Below are positions 1-5,715 of a DNA stretch of 10,774 nucleotides, piece by piece. A program made the translations under genes and the position numbers. Every line of letters begins with the position of its first letter. Within the stretch, counting starts at the first letter, position 1. Origin of the DNA: a virus (lineage: Duplodnaviria > Heunggongvirae > Uroviricota > Caudoviricetes); IMG/VR virus record IMGVR_UViG_2531839477_000013. One strand, 5' to 3'. The notes under the pieces are model-generated. The model saw nothing but the letters and a program-made list of their open reading frames with translations, was not told the origin of the DNA and did not search any database.

Positions 1-130
1 TTTTATTTAATAGCTCCCGTTCGTGTTTTCTCTTGTTAATGGCATCTTCAGTAAATACAGGGTTACTGATAGTGACACCAATTTCAAAACAACCTTCAGA
101 CGTATTAACGTTTGGTAATAACGTTTTCAT
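1..130 (-). CDS. dicB: Cell division inhibitor DicB, N-terminal 43 codons only (gene runs off the window start)
   Basis: Minus-strand ATG at 130 with a GAGGG Shine-Dalgarno 8 nt upstream. Translation MKTLLPNVNTSEGCFEIGVTISNPVFTEDAINKRKHERELLNK matches, from memory, the N-terminus of the 62-aa DicB. The plus-strand ORF 33..269 in the track is its antisense. Confidence 0.9.
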   Translation of the reverse strand, partial: MKTLLPNVNTSEGCFEIGVTISNPVFTEDAINKRKHERELLNK

Positions 131-304
131 TATCGCGCCCTCAACAATGAGTTTTGTGATGCGGTGCCTGGTGCCTCCAGGTGACGTTAACCAGTTAACA
201 ATTAACGCCGGATACAGAGAATCCAACCATAACACTGTTTTTGGTTTTAACTGTTCCGCGTGCGCTTAGCCGCATTCACCGCATCACAAAATTCACTTTA
301 AAAA

Positions 305-357
305 GGGCGGCAGAGCAGTCACGGAGTAAAACTGATACCGCCAAACGTCACCAGAAA
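305..357 (-). ncRNA. dicF: DicF small RNA (ftsZ-targeting sRNA of the dicB operon)
   Basis: Reverse complement of 305..357 reads TTTCTGGTGACGTTTGGCGGTATCAGTTTTACTCCGTGACTGCTCTGCCGCCC followed by a T5 run (plus 300-304 is A5). This is the 53-nt DicF sequence as I recall it, in the expected place between ydfC and dicB. Exact processed ends not verifiable here. Confidence 0.85.
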
Positions 358-698
358 ATTGATAACAGAGGGCGTTGCAGCGGGGTTGTCACTTAAGCGT
401 ATGGTCAACCTGACAACCCGGTGTCCTCAACGGGGGAAGGAATAACCCCGCCATACTTACCGCCGCGCCATTTCGCGGATTGCCACAACCGGAAGCGCAC
501 GGTCGACGAAAATTTAACGACAGGCTATCTATGAACCAGCTACCTCGCCGTGCGCTTTCGCGTTATGGTCTGACTTTTCAGGGAAATATCCTTTCAGTAA
601 ACTGTCAGTGCCGGATGCTCACCCGTGTCCGGCGCACGCACTCCACCTCACCCGTGGAGAACTCCTTAATTACTAACCTTAGCTTTGTTGATTAGCTA

Positions 699-917
699 CT
701 AACGCGGGTATGTAATCATTCTGGCAATGCTTAATGCCGCTGCTTTTTCCAGATTAGTGATATCCTGCTCCAGAGCGGACAGATTTTCAGCCTGCTTAGC
801 CCTGGCTTCATTGGCCCATTTCAGATCCTGCGCTGCATTAATTTTCTGGTGCATCCACTCATAAAGTTCATCATCGGTATAGTCTGGCGCGATGATGACG
901 GGTTCTCGTTTCTGCAT
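699..917 (-). CDS. ydfC: YdfC-like small prophage protein (72 aa)
   Basis: 72-aa ORF from the track. Minus-strand ATG at 917 with an AGGA Shine-Dalgarno about 7 nt upstream. Position and length fit ydfC of the dicB operon. Confidence 0.8.
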   Translation of the reverse strand: MQKREPVIIAPDYTDDELYEWMHQKINAAQDLKWANEARAKQAENLSALEQDITNLEKAAALSIARMITYPR

Positions 918-946
918 ACTGATTCCTCGCGGTGCTGTTTCGCTTA

Positions 947-1075
947 TCAGCCGTTAGATTTTGCCGAACTGGAAAGCGCCTGTTTAAATTCGTTGAAGCT
1001 GAGAGCTTCTTCGCCTTCGGCAAGACCTTCGAAGTATTCTTCGTAAGCCTTTTCCATGATTGTGTCGAAATCCAT
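947..1075 (-). CDS. ydfB: YdfB-like small protein (42 aa), below the ORF-track size cutoff
   Basis: Hand translation of the minus strand gives MDFDTIMEKAYEEYFEGLAEGEEALSFNEFKQALSSSAKSNG with stop at 947-949. Its ATG (1073-1075) lies 1 nt after the ydfA stop (1077-1079). Length matches the 42-aa YdfB I recall. Confidence 0.75.
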   Translation of the reverse strand: MDFDTIMEKAYEEYFEGLAEGEEALSFNEFKQALSSSAKSNG

Positions 1076-1076
1076 A

Positions 1077-1232
1077 TCACTCACCTGAGTTTCTTTCCAG
1101 CCAGCGACGGGCACCATTTTCGGTTTTAAACGTTTTGCTTTTGGTATACGTCATCGCGGTGAACGTACCGTCCTGGTTGGGGAACACGCCACATACCAGA
1201 GATTCGCTGTTGCCAAGATCGATAGTATCCAT
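1077..1232 (-). CDS. ydfA: YdfA-like small protein (51 aa), first gene of the dicB operon
   Basis: Internal ATG of track ORF 1077..1286 at 1230-1232 (minus), preceded by a GAGG Shine-Dalgarno. Product MDTIDLGNSESLVCGVFPNQDGTFTAMTYTKSKTFKTENGARRWLERNSGE, 51 aa. Confidence 0.82.
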   Translation of the reverse strand: MDTIDLGNSESLVCGVFPNQDGTFTAMTYTKSKTFKTENGARRWLERNSGE

Positions 1233-1310
1233 GCTGACCTCATTTCCCCTTAACGCCGGGGTAGCGGAACTGTTTGCTGAGAACACCGTGCGGTGTCTTG
1301 ATGGAAAATA

Positions 1311-1368
1311 ATTTAGAATAACCTAACATGAGAGGCAAGTGTTTTTTGTTAGATTGATCTAACAAAAA
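1311..1368. promoter_or_regulatory. Candidate left operator pair at the dicB-operon promoter: 1347-1364 (TGTTAGA-ttga-TCTAACA, inside a 12-bp-arm palindrome 1343-1368) and degenerate 1311-1328
   Basis: Near-perfect inverted repeat seen directly. The same 18-bp motif recurs in the dicA-dicC intergenic region. Location between the dicA 3' end and ydfA matches where the DicA-repressed dicB operon promoter should be. Confidence 0.55.
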
Positions 1369-1400
1369 GGGTGGGCGCAACTAATCACTTGAAAAGAATG

Positions 1401-1808
1401 TTATTTTATTGATTTATTTTTACGCGCTTTAAGCATTTCTTCGAAGAGTTTGTTGAAGTTTTCTACTCTTGCGCGCATTTCAGACAGCAAGGCTTCCTGC
1501 TCGGAAGATGGAAGAGCATCGAATAATTCGATCAATTCTTTGTGGTTGGGAGTTAGCTCTGTTTCCACATGAAGTTCTTGTGCAGGCACTGGTGCCTTGT
1601 CTTCGTCACCAAACATTAGCCATGTAGGTGAGCACTTCAGAGCATCCGCTAAAGCAAACAATCGTTTTCCGACTGGCTGGGTTTCGTCTCTTTCCCATTG
1701 TGAAATTGTGACGTGAGCAACTCCAGCGAGGCGCGCGGCTTCTCGTTGTGTTAAGCGTAATTCTTTTCGTCGCGCCAGAACTCGCTGGCCCAGGGTTCTT
1801 GTATCCAT
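1401..1808 (-). CDS. dicA: DicA-type prophage repressor (HTH, cI/C2-like), 135 aa
   Basis: 135-aa ORF with an N-terminal HTH (LTQREAARLAGVAHVTISQWERDE) and a C-terminal ...MRARVENFNKLFEEMLKARKNK, closely resembling the K-12 DicA sequence I recall. Divergent from a cro-like gene. Confidence 0.92.
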   Translation of the reverse strand: MDTRTLGQRVLARRKELRLTQREAARLAGVAHVTISQWERDETQPVGKRLFALADALKCSPTWLMFGDEDKAPVPAQELHVETELTPNHKELIELFDALPSSEQEALLSEMRARVENFNKLFEEMLKARKNKSIK

Positions 1809-1889
1809 AGTTAGGTAATTCTAATTTTTCTTGACTTAGGTATCCCGCGCACAATAATGTTAGAAAAGTCTAACAAGAGGGGGGCTTTG
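1809..1889. promoter_or_regulatory. Divergent dicA/dicC promoter-operator region: operator TGTTAGA-aaag-TCTAACA at 1858-1875, degenerate site at 1809-1826, candidate sigma-70 promoter for dicC (TTGACT 1831-1836, AATAAT 1853-1858)
   Basis: Palindromes and promoter hexamers read directly from the sequence. The operator overlaps the -10/+1 of the rightward promoter, as expected for an OR-like switch. Confidence 0.55.
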
Positions 1890-2117
1890 ATGCTTAAAGT
1901 TGACGCAATTACTTTTTTTGGCAGCAAAACAAAGCTTGCCAATGCCGCAGGAGTGAGGCTGGCAAGTGTTGCTGCTTGGGGGATACTGGTTCCTGAAGGT
2001 CGCGCGATGCGTCTACAGGAGGCATCTGGCGGGGAGCTTCAGTATGATCCCAAAGTTTATGATGAATATCGTAAGACGAAGCGGGCGGGGCGGTTGAACA
2101 ATGAAAATCACTCCTGA
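1890..2117 (+). CDS. dicC: DicC (cro-like regulator), 75 aa
   Basis: Track ORF 1857..2117 begins at TTG. The ATG at 1890 is preceded by AAGAGGGGGG. Product MLKVDAITFFGSKTKLANAAGVRLASVAAWGILVPEGRAMRLQEASGGELQYDPKVYDEYRKTKRAGRLNNENHS resembles the K-12 DicC I recall. Confidence 0.88.
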   Translation: MLKVDAITFFGSKTKLANAAGVRLASVAAWGILVPEGRAMRLQEASGGELQYDPKVYDEYRKTKRAGRLNNENHS

Positions 2118-2622
2118 ACAGGCTCGTGAGGCTCTGGATGCCTGGATATGTCGACCAGGAATGACACAGGAGCAGGCGACGATATTAATCACTGAAGCAT
2201 TCTGGGCTTTGAAAGAGCGCCCGAACATCGATGTTCAGCGTGTCACAGATGAAGGTGGCGCGGTTGATCAGCGAGCGCTTGGTGTTAATCGAGTGAAGAT
2301 ATTCGAACGCTGGAAGGCTATCGACACCAGGGATAAGCGTGAAAAGTTCACGGCGCTAGTGCCTGCGATTATGGAGGCTATCCGGATTAGTGATTTCAGG
2401 TTGTATCGTGAAATTACTGACGGAAAAAGCATCACGTGCATGATCGCCGGGTTAAACAAAGAATATGGCGATGTGGTGGAGTCCGGACTGCTTTTTGCTG
2501 ATCCTGCCGTAGTGGATCGTGAAACTGACGAACTTATAGAAAAAGCAATTGCTTTCAAGCTTGCGTATCGACAGCAATACCAACAAAAAGCTGGATGGAA
2601 TTATGAGCCTTCTTTTTGCTGA
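2101..2622 (+). CDS. YdaT/YdfX-like early prophage protein (173 aa), function unknown (cII-position gene)
   Basis: 173-aa ORF. Its ATG overlaps the dicC 3' end by 17 nt, suggesting translational coupling. Family assignment is positional and from memory only. Confidence 0.7.
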   Translation: MKITPEQAREALDAWICRPGMTQEQATILITEAFWALKERPNIDVQRVTDEGGAVDQRALGVNRVKIFERWKAIDTRDKREKFTALVPAIMEAIRISDFRLYREITDGKSITCMIAGLNKEYGDVVESGLLFADPAVVDRETDELIEKAIAFKLAYRQQYQQKAGWNYEPSFC

Positions 2623-3568
2623 ACGCCCACTGGTTATAAACACGCAGCTGGCAATGAAAATTGGCTTAAACGAAGCCATTGTTTTGCAACAACTGCACTA
2701 CTGGTTGAGAGATACCAACTCCGGCATGGAATGTGATGGTGTTCGCTGGATTTATAACACAACGGAACAATGGCTGGAACAGTTCCCATTCTGGTCAGAG
2801 TCAACGTTAAAGCGCGCGTTTGCAAGTCTGAAAACGCTGGGGCTTTTGCGTTGTGAAAAGCTCAATAAATCAAAGCGCGATATGACCAATTTCTACACGA
2901 TCAACTATGGGAGCGAACTTTTAGATGGTGGCAAATTGAGCGAATCCATCGGTTCAAAATGCGCCGCTCCATCAGGTCAAAATGACACGATGGAAGAGGT
3001 CAAAATGAAACGCTCCATTGGTTCAAAACGACCCAATGTCATCGGGTCAAAATGGCCTGATGATCTTACAGAGAATACAACAGAGATTACTACAGAGAAT
3101 AAAAACACTTTTCGTCCGGAAGCTTCGCAACCGGACCCGCAGACGACTGAACAGGATTCTTTAACCCGGAACTCCGACGCGGTTGTGTTTAGTGCGAAAA
3201 AACGCCAGTGGGGTAGCAGGGAGGATTTGGCGTGTGCGCAGTGGATCTGGGGGCGGATCGTGGGTCTCTACGAACAGGCAGCCAGTGATGATGGCGAGAT
3301 CATGCGACCAAAAGAGCCTAACTGGACTGCCTGGGCCAATGACGTGCGCACAATGCGGATGCTGGATGGCAGAAGCCACAGACAAATTTGCGAAATGTTT
3401 GGTCGGGTTCAGCGAGATCCATTCTGGGTAAAAAACATCATGAGCCCGTCAAAGCTCCGCGAAAAATGGGACGAACTGGTCATCCGCCTGGGACGTTCAC
3501 CTGTACAGCGTTGTGTTAATCATATTTCTGAACCGGATACAGAAATTCCGCCTGGTTTCAGAGGATAA
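2603..3568 (+). CDS. Phage replication initiator: N-terminal winged-helix DNA-binding domain, iteron-containing linker, DnaT-like (primosomal protein I) C-terminal domain
   Basis: The ATG at 2603 (MSLLFAERPLVINTQLAMKIGLNEAIVLQQLHYWL...) is the first ATG; the track ORF starts at an upstream TTG at 2549. The C-terminus ...VNHISEPDTEIPPGFRG closely matches the E. coli DnaT C-terminus (...VSEPDSQIPPGFRG) as I recall it. Five iterons lie inside the gene, as in lambda O. Confidence 0.85.
   Translation: MSLLFAERPLVINTQLAMKIGLNEAIVLQQLHYWLRDTNSGMECDGVRWIYNTTEQWLEQFPFWSESTLKRAFASLKTLGLLRCEKLNKSKRDMTNFYTINYGSELLDGGKLSESIGSKCAAPSGQNDTMEEVKMKRSIGSKRPNVIGSKWPDDLTENTTEITTENKNTFRPEASQPDPQTTEQDSLTRNSDAVVFSAKKRQWGSREDLACAQWIWGRIVGLYEQAASDDGEIMRPKEPNWTAWANDVRTMRMLDGRSHRQICEMFGRVQRDPFWVKNIMSPSKLREKWDELVIRLGRSPVQRCVNHISEPDTEIPPGFRG
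2945..3054 (+). repeat. Replication origin iterons: five direct repeats at 23-24 bp spacing (2945, 2968, 2991, 3014, 3038), core GGT(T)CAAAA(T/C)G, followed by an A-rich tract with three ACAGAGA repeats (3068-3098)
   Basis: Repeats read directly: tccatcggttcaaaatg, tccatcaggtcaaaatg, tggaagaggtcaaaatg, tccattggttcaaaacg, gtcatcgggtcaaaatg. Their placement in the linker-coding region of the initiator gene parallels ori-lambda inside O. Confidence 0.75.
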
Positions 3569-3608
3569 GTGTTGATTTCAGGTCATGAGGTAATTTTAAG
3601 GGGGACTT

Positions 3609-4031
3609 GTGGCAAAAGTTTTTACACAAGAAGAGCGGGAAAAAATTAAATGGCAGGTGGTGGAACTCGTGCGCCAGAGCGGCCGTGAGACGTTACGGCA
3701 ACTGGAAGCTAAAACAGGTGCGACTAGATATCTGATGAGCGTTCTTGCCAGAGAGCTGGTAGCCAGTGGCGATGTATACAACTCCGGCTACGGGTTATTC
3801 CCCTCTGAACAGGCGCGTAAGGACTGGCAAAACGCCCGCAAAAAACTCTCGAGGGCAAAGGTGAAGAAACCTGCTGTGGTTGATCCGGACCTTATCTGGT
3901 CATCACCTGACGGAGAAATACGTCGCTACGACAGTCGCCTAAACATAATCTGTCGCGAGTGCCGGAAGAGCGAAGTTATGCAGCGCATACTGGCTTTCTA
4001 TCAGGGTAATTTTCAGGACGTGGCGCAGTGA
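3609..4031 (+). CDS. Hypothetical prophage protein (140 aa)
   Basis: GTG start at 3609 with a strong Shine-Dalgarno (AAGGGGGA) 5-12 nt upstream. The stop overlaps the next start (GTGA). No family recognised. Confidence 0.65.
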   Translation: MAKVFTQEEREKIKWQVVELVRQSGRETLRQLEAKTGATRYLMSVLARELVASGDVYNSGYGLFPSEQARKDWQNARKKLSRAKVKKPAVVDPDLIWSSPDGEIRRYDSRLNIICRECRKSEVMQRILAFYQGNFQDVAQ

Positions 4032-4474
4032 GTGCACCGGCAACCATTCTTGATATGTGCTGTGGCAGCCGCATGTTCTGGTTCGATAAGTCTGACAAAC
4101 GGGCGATATTCAGCGATATCAGAAAAGAAGGATACACATTACGCAATGGGAGACGCTTGATTATCAGCCCTGACATTATCGCAGATTTTCGTGCATTATC
4201 ATTTGCAGACGCATCTTTTTCGATGGTTGTATTAGACCCTCCGCATCTTGAGCGTGTTGGTGATAACGCCTGGATGGGAAAGAAATATGGACGGCTGAAT
4301 AAAGATGCCTGGCGTGATGATTTGCGACAGAGATTTAAAGAAGCTTTTCGGGTGTTGAGGTCGCACGGCGTTCTGATTTTTTAATGGAATGAAACGCAAA
4401 TACCGGTAAGCCAGATTCTGGCACTGACAGATAGAAAGCCTGTTATCTGTCAACGAACAGGGAAAAAACGATAA
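4028..4474 (+). pseudogene. SAM-dependent methyltransferase-like gene interrupted by an in-frame TAA at 4382-4384
   Basis: N-terminal motif-I-like ILDMCCGSRMF and motif-IV-like VLDPPH. After the TAA the same frame continues as WNETQIPVSQILALTDRKPVICQRTGKKR to a second TAA at 4472-4474. The track reports only 4028..4384. Confidence 0.55.
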
Positions 4475-4646
4475 AACCCACTGGATTATTTTTATGAAAG
4501 AGGCATCCAGTGAGTAGATTCGTAAGGTTACAGATACGTATATCTGAATAATTAAATTCAGTTCTGTAAATAAAACTTAATCCTTAACCGGATGGATTTC
4601 TGCACCCTCAGAACATCAGGAGGCCGCCCGAAAGGGCGGTAGTGAA

Positions 4647-4757
4647 ATGCGAAAGTTCAAAATTATTATTGAAACGGAAATAGCTGGTGGAGATTTTGAG
4701 GATGTATTCGAAGTGGACGATGACGCAACACCTGATGAAATTCATGACGGAGCATAA
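4647..4757 (+). CDS. Candidate small acidic protein (36 aa): MRKFKIIIETEIAGGDFEDVFEVDDDATPDEIHDGA
   Basis: Below the ORF-track cutoff. An AGGAGG at 4618-4623 is separated from the ATG by a GC-rich GAAA-tetraloop hairpin (4624-4639). Coding status unproven. Confidence 0.3.
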   Translation: MRKFKIIIETEIAGGDFEDVFEVDDDATPDEIHDGA

Positions 4758-4806
4758 GAAATTTTCTTTAACTACTGCAATTACTCATACCACGAAATAA
4801 AAGACG

Positions 4807-4998
4807 ATGAGGAAGAACAAAGTGGCTGATTTTTGTTCAGCTAAATATAACATCAGTTTTGAAGAGCGGGATGAACTATTAATGGACTATGGTGAATTAC
4901 GCGGTGGAAGTGCTGTTGATGTCGAATCCTAGCGTGATGACTATGAAGCGGGAAAAACTCCGGTCGAAGCATATTGTGATGAGTGGGGCGATGAATGA
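4807..4998 (+). pseudogene. Candidate small acidic protein ORF with an in-frame TAG at 4930-4932: MRKNKVADFCSAKYNISFEERDELLMDYGELRGGSAVDVES(*)RDDYEAGKTPVEAYCDEWGDE
   Basis: Frame read by hand. The terminal TGA (4996-4998) overlaps the ATG of the next ORF (ATGA). Weak Shine-Dalgarno. Confidence 0.3.
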
Positions 4999-5249
4999 GC
5001 GAGATTAATTATCAGGAAGGGCATGAAACGGCGGGGCAAGCAAAACCAGTGGCATGGCGATATCGCTACGTGAAAAAAGCGTTACGGACTTTCAGGGGAA
5101 GTAGTGGTCTGGTGACTGGAAATATGTACCGAAAAAAGAGGATTGTAACGACAGGCCGAACTATCAAATTCAGGCCTTATTCACTGCCTCACCAGTCCCG
5201 GTTACATCAGAAGAACTGGTTAAAGCTGTGCACTTTTATGAACAACTAA
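4995..5249 (+). CDS. Hypothetical ORF (84 aa), possibly a frameshifted remnant
   Basis: Track ORF. An overlapping alternative frame (5054-5281) reads like protein (WSGDWKYVPKKEDCNDRPNYQIQALFTASPVPVTSEELVKAVHFYEQLKRENPPTSGN) but is itself broken by a TAG at 5102-5104. Confidence 0.3.
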   Translation: MSEINYQEGHETAGQAKPVAWRYRYVKKALRTFRGSSGLVTGNMYRKKRIVTTGRTIKFRPYSLPHQSRLHQKNWLKLCTFMNN

Positions 5250-5535
5250 AACGCGAAAATCCACCAACATCCGGCAACTAGATTAATGGATTAACTATGT
5301 CGGTTAAACGACCAGCCAACTGAAAAAGCGGAAACCTGATTACAGGTTGCCAGATAAGGCAATGAGCTACCTGGCGCGGAACGGACTGATAAGTATGGGG
5401 AATGTTTTACGATGAACCTTTAGACTAAAGAGTTTGTAACGCTATGTAAGTGATTTTTTCTGGTTTAGATATTTATATGTCCGGCCAAATTGAGGTGTGT
5501 TTAAATGTAATTGCACATTGATTGTAGGAGGAATA

Positions 5536-5715
5536 ATGAAAAACGCATTGCAGTTTTTGTTTGTTGCGTTCTGGTTGTTCGCATCATGTATGCCCATCAT
5601 CTTCACAGCAAGGTATATGGAAAAAGTTGATGTTTTGATATTAATATTTGGATATATAAATGCCCTTTTTTTAGGGGTGTTCATGGCGGTCATGTGCATT
5701 GAATACTGGCGGTAA
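5536..5715 (+). CDS. Small membrane protein, two predicted transmembrane helices (59 aa)
   Basis: ATG at 5536 preceded by GTAGGAGG (5524-5531). Product MKNALQFLFVAFWLFASCMPIIFTARYMEKVDVLILIFGYINALFLGVFMAVMCIEYWR. The track ORF 5497..5715 begins upstream. Sits in markedly AT-rich DNA. Confidence 0.5.
   Translation: MKNALQFLFVAFWLFASCMPIIFTARYMEKVDVLILIFGYINALFLGVFMAVMCIEYWR

Noticed and set aside
33-269. Plus-strand ORF (78 aa) at the window start
   Set aside because: It is antisense to dicB, whose minus-strand reading frame has a convincing start, Shine-Dalgarno and recognisable product.
480-695. Plus-strand ORF (71 aa) in the spacer between dicF and ydfC
   Set aside because: No ribosome binding site, it lies antisense to the dicB operon transcript, and the product looks like low-complexity read-through.
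849-1311. Plus-strand ORFs 849..1046, 932..1129, 1060..1311 and minus ORF 871..1080
   Set aside because: They overlap ydfC, ydfB and ydfA in other frames or on the other strand. The three small minus-strand genes account for the region with proper starts and stops.
1606-1854. Minus-strand ORF (82 aa) overlapping dicA
   Set aside because: Alternative frame within the dicA coding region; the DicA frame is the recognisable one.
2013-2825. Minus-strand ORFs 2013..2228, 2268..2558, 2452..2679, 2634..2825
   Set aside because: Antisense to the dicC, YdaT-like and initiator genes, with no independent support.
2945-3054. Regular short direct repeats that could suggest a CRISPR array
   Set aside because: The repeats are only about 17 bp with 6-bp spacers, lie inside a protein-coding gene and are followed by an A-rich tract. 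That is the structure of a replication origin iteron block, not a CRISPR array.
3161-4453. ORFs 3161..3385 (-), 3183..3431 (+), 3596..3781 (-), 3976..4176 (-), 4232..4453 (-)
   Set aside because: All fall inside or antisense to the initiator, the 140-aa gene or the methyltransferase-like gene; no start signals.
4622-4640. GC-rich GAAA-tetraloop hairpin as an intrinsic terminator
   Set aside because: No U-run follows it on either strand. Its position between a Shine-Dalgarno and a start codon fits a structured ribosome binding site better.
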